Source of the DNA: Neoconidiobolus thromboides FSU 785
Taxonomy: Eukaryota > Fungi > Entomophthoromycota
Length of the DNA: 64,000 nucleotides
Assembly: GCA_025603075.1 (NCBI GenBank)
Contig: MU626293.1
Coordinates: 1 to 64,000 of the forward strand
Direction: 5' to 3'
A program made the position numbers and the translations under genes. Below the pieces are notes generated by a model, which saw only the letters and a program-made list of their open reading frames with translations, did no database searches and had not been told where the DNA came from. Positions 51,662 to 64,000 of this stretch are shown here, one piece after another. Each line of letters opens with the position of its first letter. Positions within the stretch are counted from its first letter, which is position 1.

Positions 51662-52539
51662 TTATATAATGGTATTTGTGCTATATTGTGAAGCTTATCT
51701 AGTGGTTTGATATTTTAAGTTTACAATTAAATATAGATATATAAAAAAGCTTATCTATATTTAACATAGTCCTTATTTCAGGTGTTGTTTATATTGGTAA
51801 ATGTATCATTGAATACTTGTATTAAGGATTTACAGAGTTCTTAGTTTAGTATTATATATCTCGCTTTTTACTTTAAGCCTTTATGTTAGAGAATTAAAAT
51901 ACATCATAAAATGCTTGCAAATTATTACCATTGATATATTGAAATACCATGACTTAAACATCAAATATATTATTTCCTATTAATAATATACATATCTGTT
52001 AAAAATCACAATAATTCTACGAAAGTTAAAATCAATTAAAGTAAAGGGATTCGAATACAAATACCTAACTAATAATTAGAAGATATAGCTGTGAATTTTT
52101 TACTAAATAAGTAAAAAGTAACAACATTTGCGGCTAATCTGTTTGTTTACTTTGAAAAAATCCCGATTGAGAAATAAAATTAGGTCATCAGCCGTGTATC
52201 CTTTAATGTTCTTTTATATAAATTAAAGAGTATCTTTGGTTTTTTACAAATCCCACATAGCATGCTTGATTGACTGACATTATCAAATAGTAGAGTTTCA
52301 ATATACTTTATTGCTAGTTATTTTATTATTGTATAATGATTAATATTAACTTTTATAATACATACATTCAAAAACTTGTTTATAAATACTTTTGATTTCA
52401 ATTTCTTATAAACTTCATCTTTATCAAATATAGAAAAATAAAAAAAGAATAACAAGTAAAGATTTTAATATAGGGATATATATGATGGATAAATAATAGA
52501 GTATAGGTCTGATGAAGACGAGGTATAATATAGTAAAAA

Positions 52540-54717
52540 TTAATAAAAATTAATTTTAATTGCTTTTACCGCATTATTTAAAGTAAGATGGATAAAGGCA
52601 GAACAGTTTAATAAAATAGGCTCAATTTCTTGATTAAACTCAATTAGTGATGTTGCAATTTCAATATCATTTAAATTGTCTGCTTGAAAATCAATTAATT
52701 CATTTTTAACGGATTCGAAGTTTAATAGACTTAACTTATTTTGACTACGGTCATTAGCGTTATCATTATGTGATGTACTTATGTTATTGCTATCAAATGA
52801 TAATGCCAGATCCGATATCATTAAAGTTCTCAATACTTTTAAATGTATTGAAACGAAATGAAGTTCAAATTTGTTAGTACCACAATATTTATTAAGCTCA
52901 TCCTTTAGTTCTTTCAATCCTTTAATACCAGAAGCGTCAATTGTATTGACTCCACTTAAATCCAAGATAACAGCTTTCAGAAAGGGTAATTCAGGTACAT
53001 GCTTAACAGCTTTGTTTAACTTTAAAGCTCGAATTTTTCTTAGTTCTTTTGCTCTTTCGTTCAAGTCGTTGCTCCATAGCTTATTATAATTCCCATCAAT
53101 TTTGGCTGAAGGTTCTGTTGTTTCTAAAACGTAGTCCATTAACCTATTCTTTAAATAATTGATATTTGCAAATATGATTGACTCTTGGATTCGAAATATT
53201 ATTACGCCTGGTAGCACATCATCGGTTTGATATGCAGGATGATATTTGTCTACGTAAACATCTCTTCTCTCACACACTTTGCCTAATACATAAAACTTAG
53301 GCTTAGCAATGTTATATACTAAGAACATAAATGCTAATCCAACTGAAATTAGGATCCCATATTGAACGCCTAAAAAGAAAGTGAATAAAAAAGCAGCTAT
53401 AAACAACAAAAAATCTTTTTTTGACACATTAAATAATTGAATGACATATTTATACCCTGGTAATAACGATATGCTTGATTTGATAATAATGCTAGCTAAA
53501 GTGCTTATTGGTATGTAATAAAAAGCAGAAGTAAGAAAATAAAGTGCGATTAAAATTACGATTGATACAAATAAACATGATAATGGTGTTTTCACCCCAG
53601 ATTGTGACAAAACTGCTGCTCGTGATAACGACCCAGATATTGGATAGCCATTCAATAAACCTGTAAAGAAATTGCATAGGCCGACTGAAAAAAATTCTTG
53701 TGAAATAGAAACTCGGTATCCAATTTTAGTTGAAAACGTTTTACATACAGCAACATGCTCCAAAATAGCAACTAATAACAGACTTGGTATATTTGATATA
53801 AGTTCACCCCATAATTCGGTGTCTACTTTGAACGAAATATCATTAAATCCATTAGGTACATCCCCAATTATTTTTAAATTTTCATAGTTTGATTTGATCA
53901 ATAGCGATATTAATGTAAATAATACAATAGTAATTGTATTATTTGCCATTAAAATAAAACTTAAAAAGCGAAATCTCTTTTTGTATTTATTAATTACAAA
54001 ATCAATAGTTAATAGACTTAGTAATGAACTTATTCCAATAATTAAATTAATATATTCCATATTTGTTATGTTATTAAATAAATCAGCTAGTACTGCTACA
54101 TTATTAAAACTATTTTTTAACGGAATTCCTAATAAATTAGGGAGTTGAGAAAGCACAATAGTAAATGCTGCGCCCATTGTAAACCCAAACAATACAGGAC
54201 TTGGAATTAGTTCTAATAGAAATCCCAGTTTAAATAGTCCGATAAAAGTAGATATTATTGAGAATAACAAACACAAGTTTGATGAAACAATCCGACTATC
54301 ATAGTCCTCCAGTTTATTTATAATATTTGCAATGATTAAACTCAATACAGCATTTGGGCCCATACTTATTTCTCGGCTTCCTCCAACTAGAGTATAGACT
54401 ATATTGCTTATAAAACTCGAGTATAATCCGTATTGAATTGGTATTTCAGCTAATTTTGAGTATGCAATTGATTGTGGTATTAGTAAAATTCCGATTGTAA
54501 TACCACTTAACAAATCACCATAGAACCATTTAAAATTATATTTACTAAGCCAGGATAGTATAGGAAATAAAGAAGATAAGTAGATTGGGAATTGAATTTT
54601 GAAATTATTGAATTTCCTAGAAGCATAATCTTTTGGCTTTTCAATCTTATAATATTTCCTTAAACTTTTACTAATAGATGAAACTGATTCTTTACTTGCA
54701 TTCCTTTTGAATATCAT
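52540..54717 (-). CDS. SulP/SLC26 sulfate permease with C-terminal STAS domain
   Basis: GDLLSGITIGILLIPQSIAYSKLA, QYGLYSS, SREISMGP, GSLSRAAV..QSGVKT, and STAS VILDLSGVNTIDASG. Confidence 0.95.
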   Translation of the reverse strand: MIFKRNASKESVSSISKSLRKYYKIEKPKDYASRKFNNFKIQFPIYLSSLFPILSWLSKYNFKWFYGDLLSGITIGILLIPQSIAYSKLAEIPIQYGLYSSFISNIVYTLVGGSREISMGPNAVLSLIIANIINKLEDYDSRIVSSNLCLLFSIISTFIGLFKLGFLLELIPSPVLFGFTMGAAFTIVLSQLPNLLGIPLKNSFNNVAVLADLFNNITNMEYINLIIGISSLLSLLTIDFVINKYKKRFRFLSFILMANNTITIVLFTLISLLIKSNYENLKIIGDVPNGFNDISFKVDTELWGELISNIPSLLLVAILEHVAVCKTFSTKIGYRVSISQEFFSVGLCNFFTGLLNGYPISGSLSRAAVLSQSGVKTPLSCLFVSIVILIALYFLTSAFYYIPISTLASIIIKSSISLLPGYKYVIQLFNVSKKDFLLFIAAFLFTFFLGVQYGILISVGLAFMFLVYNIAKPKFYVLGKVCERRDVYVDKYHPAYQTDDVLPGVIIFRIQESIIFANINYLKNRLMDYVLETTEPSAKIDGNYNKLWSNDLNERAKELRKIRALKLNKAVKHVPELPFLKAVILDLSGVNTIDASGIKGLKELKDELNKYCGTNKFELHFVSIHLKVLRTLMISDLALSFDSNNISTSHNDNANDRSQNKLSLLNFESVKNELIDFQADNLNDIEIATSLIEFNQEIEPILLNCSAFIHLTLNNAVKAIKINFY

Positions 54718-56033
54718 GATCTCTGTTTTGCAAAATATACAATAATCATCTTTACTTTTTATATCAATTCTAATTCCAAATTACAATTTCAGTTACTAAT
54801 CCATACTATCATTTCTATTTAAATTAATCTAAGTTAAACTGAAATTTTAATCAAAATTTTATTCGGTTATTTAACATATCTTTTATTTTACCTTGTTTTG
54901 TTTTTCTATTATTTCAAACTTTATGAAAAGTACATGTTCTTTTCTTGTATTTTAATTTTATTTAGTATGTTGGATGTTCAACTTAGTATTATTATACTTT
55001 GAAGTATTTTCGATTTATAAGTTTTTGAGATTTTAGATATTAAAAATCAATTTTAAATTTAATTCTAAAATAGTTCAAAGCATAACAGTTGTTGTTTCTG
55101 ACATTATAAGTAGGGGTGAATTATAAAATTTATTTAAAAAGCTTATCATCATTATAAAGATATACAATGTATAAATTTATTTTCGTGCCAATTATGTTGA
55201 TATTAAATCGGAACTTTATTTAAAAAAGTTTTGGATTTACAAATATATTATACGATTTATGCTATAAATTAATATTTATTAATTTATACATTTTACAACC
55301 TAATATAAATAGGAAATGATTATATTAGAAACGGACTTACATTATAAATCTTGGTATTAAATTTAATTATATCATTTTAAATAAATCATTTATAATTAAT
55401 TTAGTAAGTAGTTTCTACTTTACATAATATAAATATCACTTTTGTAAGTAAAGAGTAATAAATTTTTAATTCTTATAGGTGATTAGATTTTAATAGTATA
55501 CAAGATTTGAAATAGACTAGTTGTACTCATTGATCCAACTGAAGGAAAATTTTTACATATTTAACTATAACGTTAAATAAAAAATAAAGACAAATAAAAA
55601 ATAAAGACAAATAAAAAGTTGTTTTGGTTAGAGTTTTCAGACATTTTTGTCTTTTAACTGAGGATCCAGAGCTCAGTTTCTCAGATAGGCCTGTGGAGTA
55701 CGCTCTTAACCCTGTAGTCTCGTCCAATAACTTGTAGAATTATTCAATTATTATCTTAAGTTCATTATAGCTATCAGTTAGCCTCATGTAATTTGATTAT
55801 GATATTCGTTATACGCTACTAGTTAAAGGTCTCTTTCTGACTTTGGATAGAGCTATCAAGTTGATCATAAACAATGCCATAGCTAAGTATTTCTAAAAGA
55901 TATAAAAAATTATCTGAATAGAATAAAAGCTAAAGTAAAAATTTTATTCATTAAAAAATTTTAATCCCATCCTAAATTTCTAATGAGAAACACTTGGAAG
56001 CCTCTGACTCCAAGGTTTAAAAAAAGGATTTCT

Positions 56034-56306
56034 TTAAAACTTTGGTTTGAATACAAATTTTGGTGTGTTATCTTGATCTGGGTTAGGGTCAGCTTCTTGT
56101 TGTTTAGTTAGTTTATCTTTTTGAGTAAACAAAGGAGGCATAAAACCATCCGACGTGGCCGGACTATCATTGACTGGTATGGAATTACCAATAAAATTCC
56201 CCATTAAATTTTCATCCTTAATGACTTCTTTACGCGTGACTGGGATTGAAGAGATACTATTAAAATTAATAATGAAGATTAAATGTAACAACGAATCGAA
56301 TTGCAT
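56034..56306 (-). CDS. Small putative secreted protein (90 aa)
   Basis: ATG start, hydrophobic N-terminus ending S-S/I-P, coding-like GC in AT-rich surroundings, TATA upstream; no recognisable family. Confidence 0.6.
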   Translation of the reverse strand: MQFDSLLHLIFIINFNSISSIPVTRKEVIKDENLMGNFIGNSIPVNDSPATSDGFMPPLFTQKDKLTKQQEADPNPDQDNTPKFVFKPKF

Positions 56307-56909
56307 ATCAATGATAAATTGTTATTCAAAATAAAAAAGTTATAAAAGTTATGTTTAATTATAGATTTATTTTTGATATTGAGTTCTCAAATGTTTATTG
56401 ATATTTTTAACTTAAAACAGTTCAACTTCACGTTTTAAATTATCAAGTTTTATTTACTAAATAAATTAAAAACAGATTCCAAAACCAAATAATAAAAAAT
56501 AATAAAAAATAGTAAAAAAATAGTACTTTTTTGTAGATATTTGAATAGTTTCATCAACTTGTTAAAGCATTACAAATTATATAGAACTAGCTTTATTGTT
56601 TGTTGTTATTTTATTATTATTTTCTATATAATAAAATTTATTTAAAGCTTTTAAGAAGCTTTTTGTTCTTTTGGCGTATTTAAAATTAATTTTTTATATT
56701 CGATTTCATAAAGTAATTAGCATTAGATATATTAAATATAAAAGCTTGATCCTCTTCATTAGATTTTAATAAACACATTAGATTATTTTGTATTAAGCTA
56801 CTTGAAAAACTTGTGTTGATTTTCTTTTTCTCATATGTTTGTTTAATTAATCAAACTTTATATCACAATTAAAGACTCAAATAGAATACTTAAAGAAAAA
56901 GTACGCTTT

Positions 56910-58520
56910 TTATACAAAAGACAAAACAAGCAGTAGGATAATGAGGTTAATAAAATCAAAATGATAAAGCTGACCACTGCTAATATGTGGATTAAGGTAG
57001 AGTTCGTTTAAGTCCCCTACTAGTATATTACATTTAGGGTTTTGGTAAAGATTGGGAATTGTAGTTTCGTTTGAAAAATGTGATGAGTAGAATTGGCCAA
57101 TATCTATTTCAATCTGTTTAAATATACTACCACTTTCATTATCAGTTCCTTTGAAATAACTACTTTCTAATGTATTTGAAGCCTTAGGACAGGTGAATTT
57201 AAATGAAGCTGGACAGGATTGCATTACATGATGACATAGCTCAGCACAAGGTTTCAGTTCATTAAATTCATTGATACCTAGTTCATCGTATACAAAAGGC
57301 TTTATTTTATCTTCTTTATTCCTTCGGATTACAGATTTAGAGTCAAAAACACTATCAGTACACCTAGGAATAGTTATACCACATATCCAATTTTTATATG
57401 CGCGTTTACAATCATCACAACCTCTAACTGGAGAATATCTCTTTCTATTGTTATCGCAGTTATATTGATTAATTAAATCAGTGAAATTGCTATATATATC
57501 TTCAGCTTTTTTATCATAAATTTGTACTGCTTTATTAATTCGAATACGCTCTTCAATATAACTTTCTTGTGAGCTTTTGCCATCTTCTACATCGGGCACT
57601 GGAATCGAATAGGAAATCTCGTCGCAAAATTTAAAATTAGTTGCAAGATAGCACTGTTGACTTTTTTTCTTAGTTTGAAAATATATAGGCGGATAAGTGT
57701 GCTTATTTCTATTATTGACAAAATAAGTAACATATTCTGTGTTTTCTTCTAGTTTTAAAAAATAAGCCCCGTAAATTGTTTCTACATCGTCTATTTGATC
57801 TGTTGTTTCTGCCACTTTAATATTTTGTAGCAGCTTCCCTTTATCCCCTGAAAGCACTATACTACGCTTTTTGTAATTTAAATAGCACATTGTGTTTAAC
57901 CTTCTACTTGGCTCAAATTTGAAGTAATACATATTGTAAATATCATCCTCTCTACTGAGATGCTTTATATGCTTATTGTTGATGATTACTGAAGCACTAT
58001 TATGATCTGAGTCTGAAAATAATCCCACGATTGTATTATCTACATTGTTAATATATTCTCTAGTCGATAAAGTGACTTCAAAGTCAATTTTGCTTTGATC
58101 CGGATCGTTCAATTTTACTGCAAAATACACTTTCTTGCTGTTTTGATTTTCAATTGTTATATTATCCCTTCTTATTCCAAATAGATAGTCCTCTAGAGCG
58201 CTTTTGCTAAAACGGATGAATGTAGAGTCATAAGTAGAAATAGTTTTATGTATCCCAATTCTATTCCAACCATCTAAGACATTATCAGGCTCATCTTTTA
58301 TAGTATAGTATAAATCGAGGGCGCTATTACCATTTGATAAGTCGCACATATTTAGAGTAATATATAACACATCGGAGTTTGCTTTCAAATCATAATGAAA
58401 ATATTTTACCTGACGTCCAGTAATTATATCCTGACTTGTAGCACCATCCGATAATTTTACACTGTCCTTCAAACTTAGAATGAAATCAAAAAACAAAAAT
58501 ATACAATAGTGAAGCAACAT
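56910..58520 (-). CDS. MID1: Mid1 stretch-activated Ca2+ channel subunit
   Basis: Signal peptide and Cys-rich C-terminal domain (FCDEISYSIP, YSPVRGCDDCKRAYKNWICGITIPRC, KPCAELCHHVMQSCP), with a hydrophobic C-terminus. Confidence 0.92.
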   Translation of the reverse strand: MLLHYCIFLFFDFILSLKDSVKLSDGATSQDIITGRQVKYFHYDLKANSDVLYITLNMCDLSNGNSALDLYYTIKDEPDNVLDGWNRIGIHKTISTYDSTFIRFSKSALEDYLFGIRRDNITIENQNSKKVYFAVKLNDPDQSKIDFEVTLSTREYINNVDNTIVGLFSDSDHNSASVIINNKHIKHLSREDDIYNMYYFKFEPSRRLNTMCYLNYKKRSIVLSGDKGKLLQNIKVAETTDQIDDVETIYGAYFLKLEENTEYVTYFVNNRNKHTYPPIYFQTKKKSQQCYLATNFKFCDEISYSIPVPDVEDGKSSQESYIEERIRINKAVQIYDKKAEDIYSNFTDLINQYNCDNNRKRYSPVRGCDDCKRAYKNWICGITIPRCTDSVFDSKSVIRRNKEDKIKPFVYDELGINEFNELKPCAELCHHVMQSCPASFKFTCPKASNTLESSYFKGTDNESGSIFKQIEIDIGQFYSSHFSNETTIPNLYQNPKCNILVGDLNELYLNPHISSGQLYHFDFINLIILLLVLSFV

Positions 58521-59336
58521 TTTTCAAGACAAAAAATAATTATTGTTCAATTTGACTTGAAATAATCCTTTTTTGTTCCATGAAAATTTAAAGTAACTAT
58601 GCTGTGTTTATGAACAATTTCTGTTTACAACTGCTGCAATTCTATTGGGGCTTAATTTGCGGCAGTTTTTAGAGCCACTTTTTTATTTGGATCATTTTTT
58701 TACCTGCTATCTATAGATTCTGGGATGCTATTATTCTTAAATAAACAGTTAAATAGGTCGTAATAGAGTTAGTTATACCAGCTGTATCAATTAATAATTC
58801 TAGTAGAAGAGACAATTAATACTGTTCATGGTTTTTTCATTGTATTCTTATGTATTTTTTTTTAAATATTTAAATCAAGGTAACAAAAGCAATAGCATAC
58901 CAAATACAATTAAAATATACTTCGAATGCTTTATTTATAAAAAAGGATTCTATTATATTAGAGTATAAACTTCATTAACTAAAAATAAATAAAAGAATAT
59001 CTTTTTTGTCTCAATATTTCATTAATAATTTTTCCTAATTTTATACTGGATAAAGAGTGAAAGAATAGCTAAAAAATATTCTTATATTAATATAAAGTAG
59101 TTGATGATAGTAAAAGCAGTAAAGTACCATATTCTCAAAAAGCCTACTTTTCAAAATATTGTTTCTAGAAAACTATTCAATAATAAATTTAAAAAACTAT
59201 ATCTTTATAGTACTTTAATTTATTAACATTATAGTTACTATCATTAAATTATTTTATAATAAATCAATACTCGTGGGTAAAATTTAAGGGATACTAAATT
59301 AACACTTGTTTAAGCACAATCTTATCTTTTATCTAA

Positions 59337-61289
59337 ATGGATAGTGAAAATAAAAAAAAGACAAGATTTAAGCTTACTCAAGCCTGTGATAGATGTCGAC
59401 TAAAGCGAATGAAATGTGATGGACATTATCCTCGATGTGGGCCATGTAATAAAAAAGAGGTGAATTGTACCTATGATATGAGTACTAAAAGGAGAGGACC
59501 CAAGATTAAAAGTGCTGAAAGTTTAGAAGAAAAAGTAAAGCAATTAGAAGCTCAATTAATGTTTAGAAATCAAAATATATCGGAATCATTAGAAAGTAAA
59601 GCTTATTTTTTTAAATCTTATTTTAATACTTAATTTTTAGAATTGAATACTAAACAAAGTAGTGTAGAAACCACCATCAATATTTATAATCATGGTTTAA
59701 ATCTTTTAAATGATAGTGAGCCTGATTATACTTTACCAAGTCAAAGTGTTATTGATGACCTGATTTCTTTATTTTTCAAAATAACTCACCCTACTATTCG
59801 TTTCATACACAAGCCTACTCTTTTAGCTCGTTTGAATAGTGAAAACAAACCATACCTTTTATTGAATGGAATTTTTGCATTGAGTGCTAGATTCTCAAAA
59901 CATCCAGAGATATGCAGCAGCAATCAACCAAGATATTTAAATGGAGATTTATTTGCTAACCGTTTACTAACTTTATTAAATCAAACCTTACTTTCACAAC
60001 CTACACTTGATACAATTCAAGCTTTAATCTTTTTAGGTTTATATGCTTATGGTAAAATGAAAGGATTTTCGTCATGGAATTATATAGGAATTGCAATTAG
60101 ATTAGCACAACAATTAGGATTAAATACAATTGATAGTTATCATCATAAAGATAATATAGCAAGATTATCGGATGAAGATTGGATTGCTATAGAATGTAAA
60201 AGAAGGACTTGGTGGGGATGTTTTATAGCAGATAGGTTTGCTTCTTCTTTAGTGGGTAGATCCCTTTATATAGATGAAAGAGATTGTTTGGTCCAGCTTC
60301 CAAGTGAGGATGCTAGATGGGATCCTCGATTTACCGTAATATCGAAACTTCCACCCACTTCCATTGAAGAACTTACTAATTTTGGAAATGATTTATCTGG
60401 TTCAAGTTCTGTCTTTTGCAATCTTTCTTCTCATTTTATTACATTAATTAACTTAAGTGGCTTAGTAACACGTTACCTAATGCATAGAGCTGCAAGAGGT
60501 ATGTCCTATGATGTGGATTATCGCGAACTAATTCATCTTGATAACAAGTTAACAGATTGGGCTAGTAGACTTCCAACTAGATTTCACCATCCTCAGCATT
60601 TCATTAACTTTAATGCTTCAGAAACCAATGCTTCTACAGAAAGCCTCGGTGATATATTTTTGGCAGTTTCCTGTATGTTTGCTATGTATCATGGAACACT
60701 GATAGCATTACATAGAGGTAATTTATCTTACGCTCAAAATGATAGGAACGGTCATGAAATGGTTCTATTATCAAAAAGTCGATGTATAGTTGCAGCTAAT
60801 GAAATAGGGGGCTTAGTTAGAGATGCCTGGCATCGATTAAGTGATATATCAGATCCATATTGCCCATTTTTTATATTCAATGCAGCTACAATTCATGCCA
60901 ATGTTGTATATCTTGAGCCAGAATCACCTCAAATCTATCAATCTAAAGAGCATTTAGATCGATGTATTAAAGCATTAGATCACTTTTCAGATGTATGGTT
61001 AATGTCCAAAATCTATCTAGAAATGTTAGAAACTTTAATTACTACTCTAACTTATGAACAAAATTTAAATGCACAAAGTACACAAATTTATGGTACACAT
61101 GGTACCCCCCATCCTTCACCCCAATTGGTACCGTTAACAAGTGATTTTGGTACTATGAGATATAATCCCACTTCTGGTTATCAAAGTGAAACTACTCGCT
61201 CTGGCGTTTGGGAAGTATTTTCGATATCTTACTTTGATTGGTTTTATTCAATATCTTCTCATGATCCTACAGCCTTTCAGAATTTTTAA
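59337..61289 (+). CDS. Zn(II)2Cys6 transcription factor with fungal-specific TF (middle homology) domain, 2 exons
   Basis: ACDRCRLKRMKCDGHYPRCGPCNKKEVNC; intron ~59598-59640; SWNYIGIAIRLAQQLGLN...ECKRRTWWGCFIADR. Confidence 0.95.
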
Positions 61290-61419
61290 ATAAGGATAGT
61301 AATCAACCCCAATACTTTTATTAAAATATGAAAATTCATAAATTTTGATTTACTTACTAATTGTTGAATTAGTAAAATATTTATTTGAAATTTATTAGTT
61401 AATATTAATCATTAGTTAG

Positions 61420-64000
61420 TTATTTAAAAGATATTAAAGGTTCCATCTTTTTCTTGCGAATTTGTTGAGAATGATCTTGTTCACGGGATAAATCTAGTTT
61501 AAGTAAAGGTCCTTGGGTAACTGTAGTTTTCTTGAATCCTGCTCCTTGAATAAGTGTTTTTCCAACTTGTGGTTCAAATTGTAATTTTTCTTTAGGTTTA
61601 CTTATTGTTTTTGCTCGAGATAATAAAGTACCTTGAGCAAATTCAATCCCTTTTTCTTTTTCATTAGGTTTGCTTTGTGGATATTCTCGATTACGATGAC
61701 TTTGTGTACGTCCTATTCTAGATTGATTTGAATTATTTGTAATATTATCATCAGTAGGTGATCTTTGACTATTTAAATAACCAGTGGGTCTAATATTAGG
61801 TTGAATGGATGAATTTGTAGGATTGAAATGTTGGTCCATAAGAGAACCTTTATTATATTGAGCATACCCTTTCTTTGGAGCAATTTTATTTTCATAATGT
61901 TGTGCTAATAATCCACCTTGGTTTTCAGGAAGAGAATTTGGCTTTTTATCATTCCAATTTATTAATGGTCCAGTTGATTGTTTTTTTACATCTGATATTC
62001 CTTCAAGTAAAAGATTATTTGAATCCGATGATTCACTCAATGGACTTAATGTTACAGGTGTATCACTATGGTTGGATGGTGGATTCGAAATACTTCGACT
62101 CATTAGGCTTGGTGTAGCCTTTTCTTTATTATTGTTATGACCACCAAAAGCTTGTCTATTGAGTAATGTACCTTTTCGAGTAAGGTTATTTGGACTTATT
62201 GGAGATGTTGGTTTATTTAATAATGAACCATTTTGAAATAAACCATTGTCTTTCGCATTAACTTTAAGAAGTGGGCCATCTTTATTTGTATTGGTAGATA
62301 TAGGCTGAGGTTTAAAAGATCTATTTAAAGGTTGAGCATTATTTACACCATTGAGAAGTGTTCCACCTTGATTGTTTTTACCAGAGACGGAAGCTTTCTT
62401 TGATAAAAGAGAACCCTCTCTAAATACTTCCCTTTCATCTTCTACATCTTTATCTTCTTCTGGCTCTTTTTTAGTTCTAGGATTAGAAAGTAAAGAACCT
62501 TCTACAAACACATTTGGTAGTTCTTTTGCTCCTATCACTTTATCGATATCAGTTTTGCCTTGGTCACCAGTTAATACTAAGCGGAAAAGTCTCTTAGCTA
62601 TACCACCCGCTGTATCACTTGTCAGGTAATCACTTTTACCGGATGCTTTCGATTTTTTCACAATACCTAAATCTGAAAATTGACCTTTATCAAGCTCAAT
62701 CCCAAAAATTGAATTATTTCTATCTAGTATATTTTCATTTAAGAAGGGTGAAAACGGGGATGGTTTTATAAGAAATTGATTGAGTAAATACCATGATCTA
62801 GCATATCTCAAAGCTAATATCCAAGATTCTAGACTTTCTTTTGAATCTACAGCTATAAAATGGATGTAATCCTCTTCTGGATTTTCAAAATAAAGGATAG
62901 AAGCTAATGACTTCAACGCGAATAGATAATTAGTAGCTTGTTTGTTTCTTTTACGAGTCAACAAATAAGAATCGAATTTTTCTAAACTACAAAGTAAAAC
63001 TGAAGAAGCAGCAGATTCTGATTTACTTAAATAAAGTGATCCGTTTTTCAAAATGAGATATTTTTTCTCCCATTTACCTCTTTTAACTTCCACTTGAACC
63101 CAACCACCTTTAATTGGAGATTCTAATGGTACTAAAGTTGTTATCTGTTCATTTTCTTTCATACGAATTAATAAAGCATTATTGCTTTCTTCTTCCCATG
63201 CTTCAATCACATCCATAATAGATTCCCATCCTTTCATACTTCTTTCAACTCCAAATCCTTCATTTTTTTCAATAAGTAACCATTCCTTTTGTCCTTCCAA
63301 TAGACCAGCTTCAATAAAACCTTGTATAATTAAATCAGGTGTTGATAATGAAGTAAGTTGAACAGTTCGTGATTTTTCCTCATTCATTAAATAAACTTTT
63401 GTCGTAATCTAAAAAATCTATTAAAACCCCATTTGGTAAAATTATTATTTATATTACCTTCTTTATATTAGCATTTTCAAGTTTTGTTTTAGCTAAATCA
63501 ATTTTAGCTTGAATATCATCCAAGGTAGAATTACTGGTTTCTTCATTCTAAATTACATGTTAATCAAATTAGTAAATAATTATACTATTAAATTACTTTT
63601 TTTATTGGTTTTACTACTGGTTGGCTGGGTTTTGATAAATCTATTAGTGGTTTACTCCTTACTGTTTTTCCTCTACTAAGTTCTTTAGTCATAGGAGCCC
63701 CGTTTAATTTACTAGGGACAGGTTCTTTCTTTTTTAAAGGTTTATCATCATCATCTAATAATACCATTGATAGTCTAGAAGATGCTCTTAATGGAGCTCC
63801 TGATTGTATTTGATCCAATTCTTTTAAAAGAGAACTAAGATCACTTAAACATCCCCCACTCAAAGGGGTTGATTTAATATCGGAACTGTTAGATGGGATT
63901 TGATTTGATATATAATCATTTAGAGTTAAGGATACAACCTCACTCTTTTCTGTTTTATATTTTTGTGCATAATCAAATAGATTCTCATCATCGCTATCAT
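61420..64000 (-). CDS. RA-like plus PH domain signalling protein, 5' end outside the window, at least 3 exons
   Basis: Frame is open to the window edge; introns near 63550-63597 and 63410-63457. ITTKVYL...WLLIEKNEGFGVERSM..WE (RA-like), KGGWVQVEVKRGKWEKKYLILKNGSLY...ESWILALRYARSW (PH), then a long low-complexity tail with GSLL/GTLL repeats. Confidence 0.82.

Noticed and set aside
60201-60215. GGGGATGTTTT resembling the MITE TIR (also near 30843)
   Set aside because: It lies inside coding sequence and lacks the element core.

Overview
This is very AT-rich fungal genomic DNA with short (~45-55 nt) GT-AG introns. Mid1, a Zn2Cys6 factor, Nha1 and PTR2 indicate a fungus; an early-diverging lineage such as Zoopagomycota is my inference. 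I can support about 21 protein-coding loci: a partial NmrA-like gene, three PTR2/POT peptide transporters (one a pseudogene), a spliced COA8/APOPT1 homolog mostly missed by the ORF track, Arp3 head-to-head with a divergent actin, NHA1, G-alpha, BCP/Dot5 peroxiredoxin, MATE, a CCX exchanger, a homeobox gene, an L-type lectin, mitochondrial AspRS, Hsp20, a CENP-B/pogo HTH protein without a DDE domain, SulP, a small secreted protein, MID1, a Zn2Cys6 TF and an RA-PH protein. The main unexplained structure is a ~105-bp terminal-inverted-repeat (MITE-like) element. It has 19 near-full copies plus fragments between 5 and 49 kb. Copies are biased to gene 3' flanks and often occur as inverted pairs, and one such pair brackets the transposase-derived HTH gene. 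Other notable observations are an inverted PTR2 duplication with a mosaic gene-conversion pattern, a palindromic TCAGCTGA motif upstream of the intact PTR2 genes, a GCCAAG cluster in the Arp3/actin promoter, and a probable decayed Ty3/gypsy relic. All identities, counts and probabilities were estimated by eye; no database searches were run.
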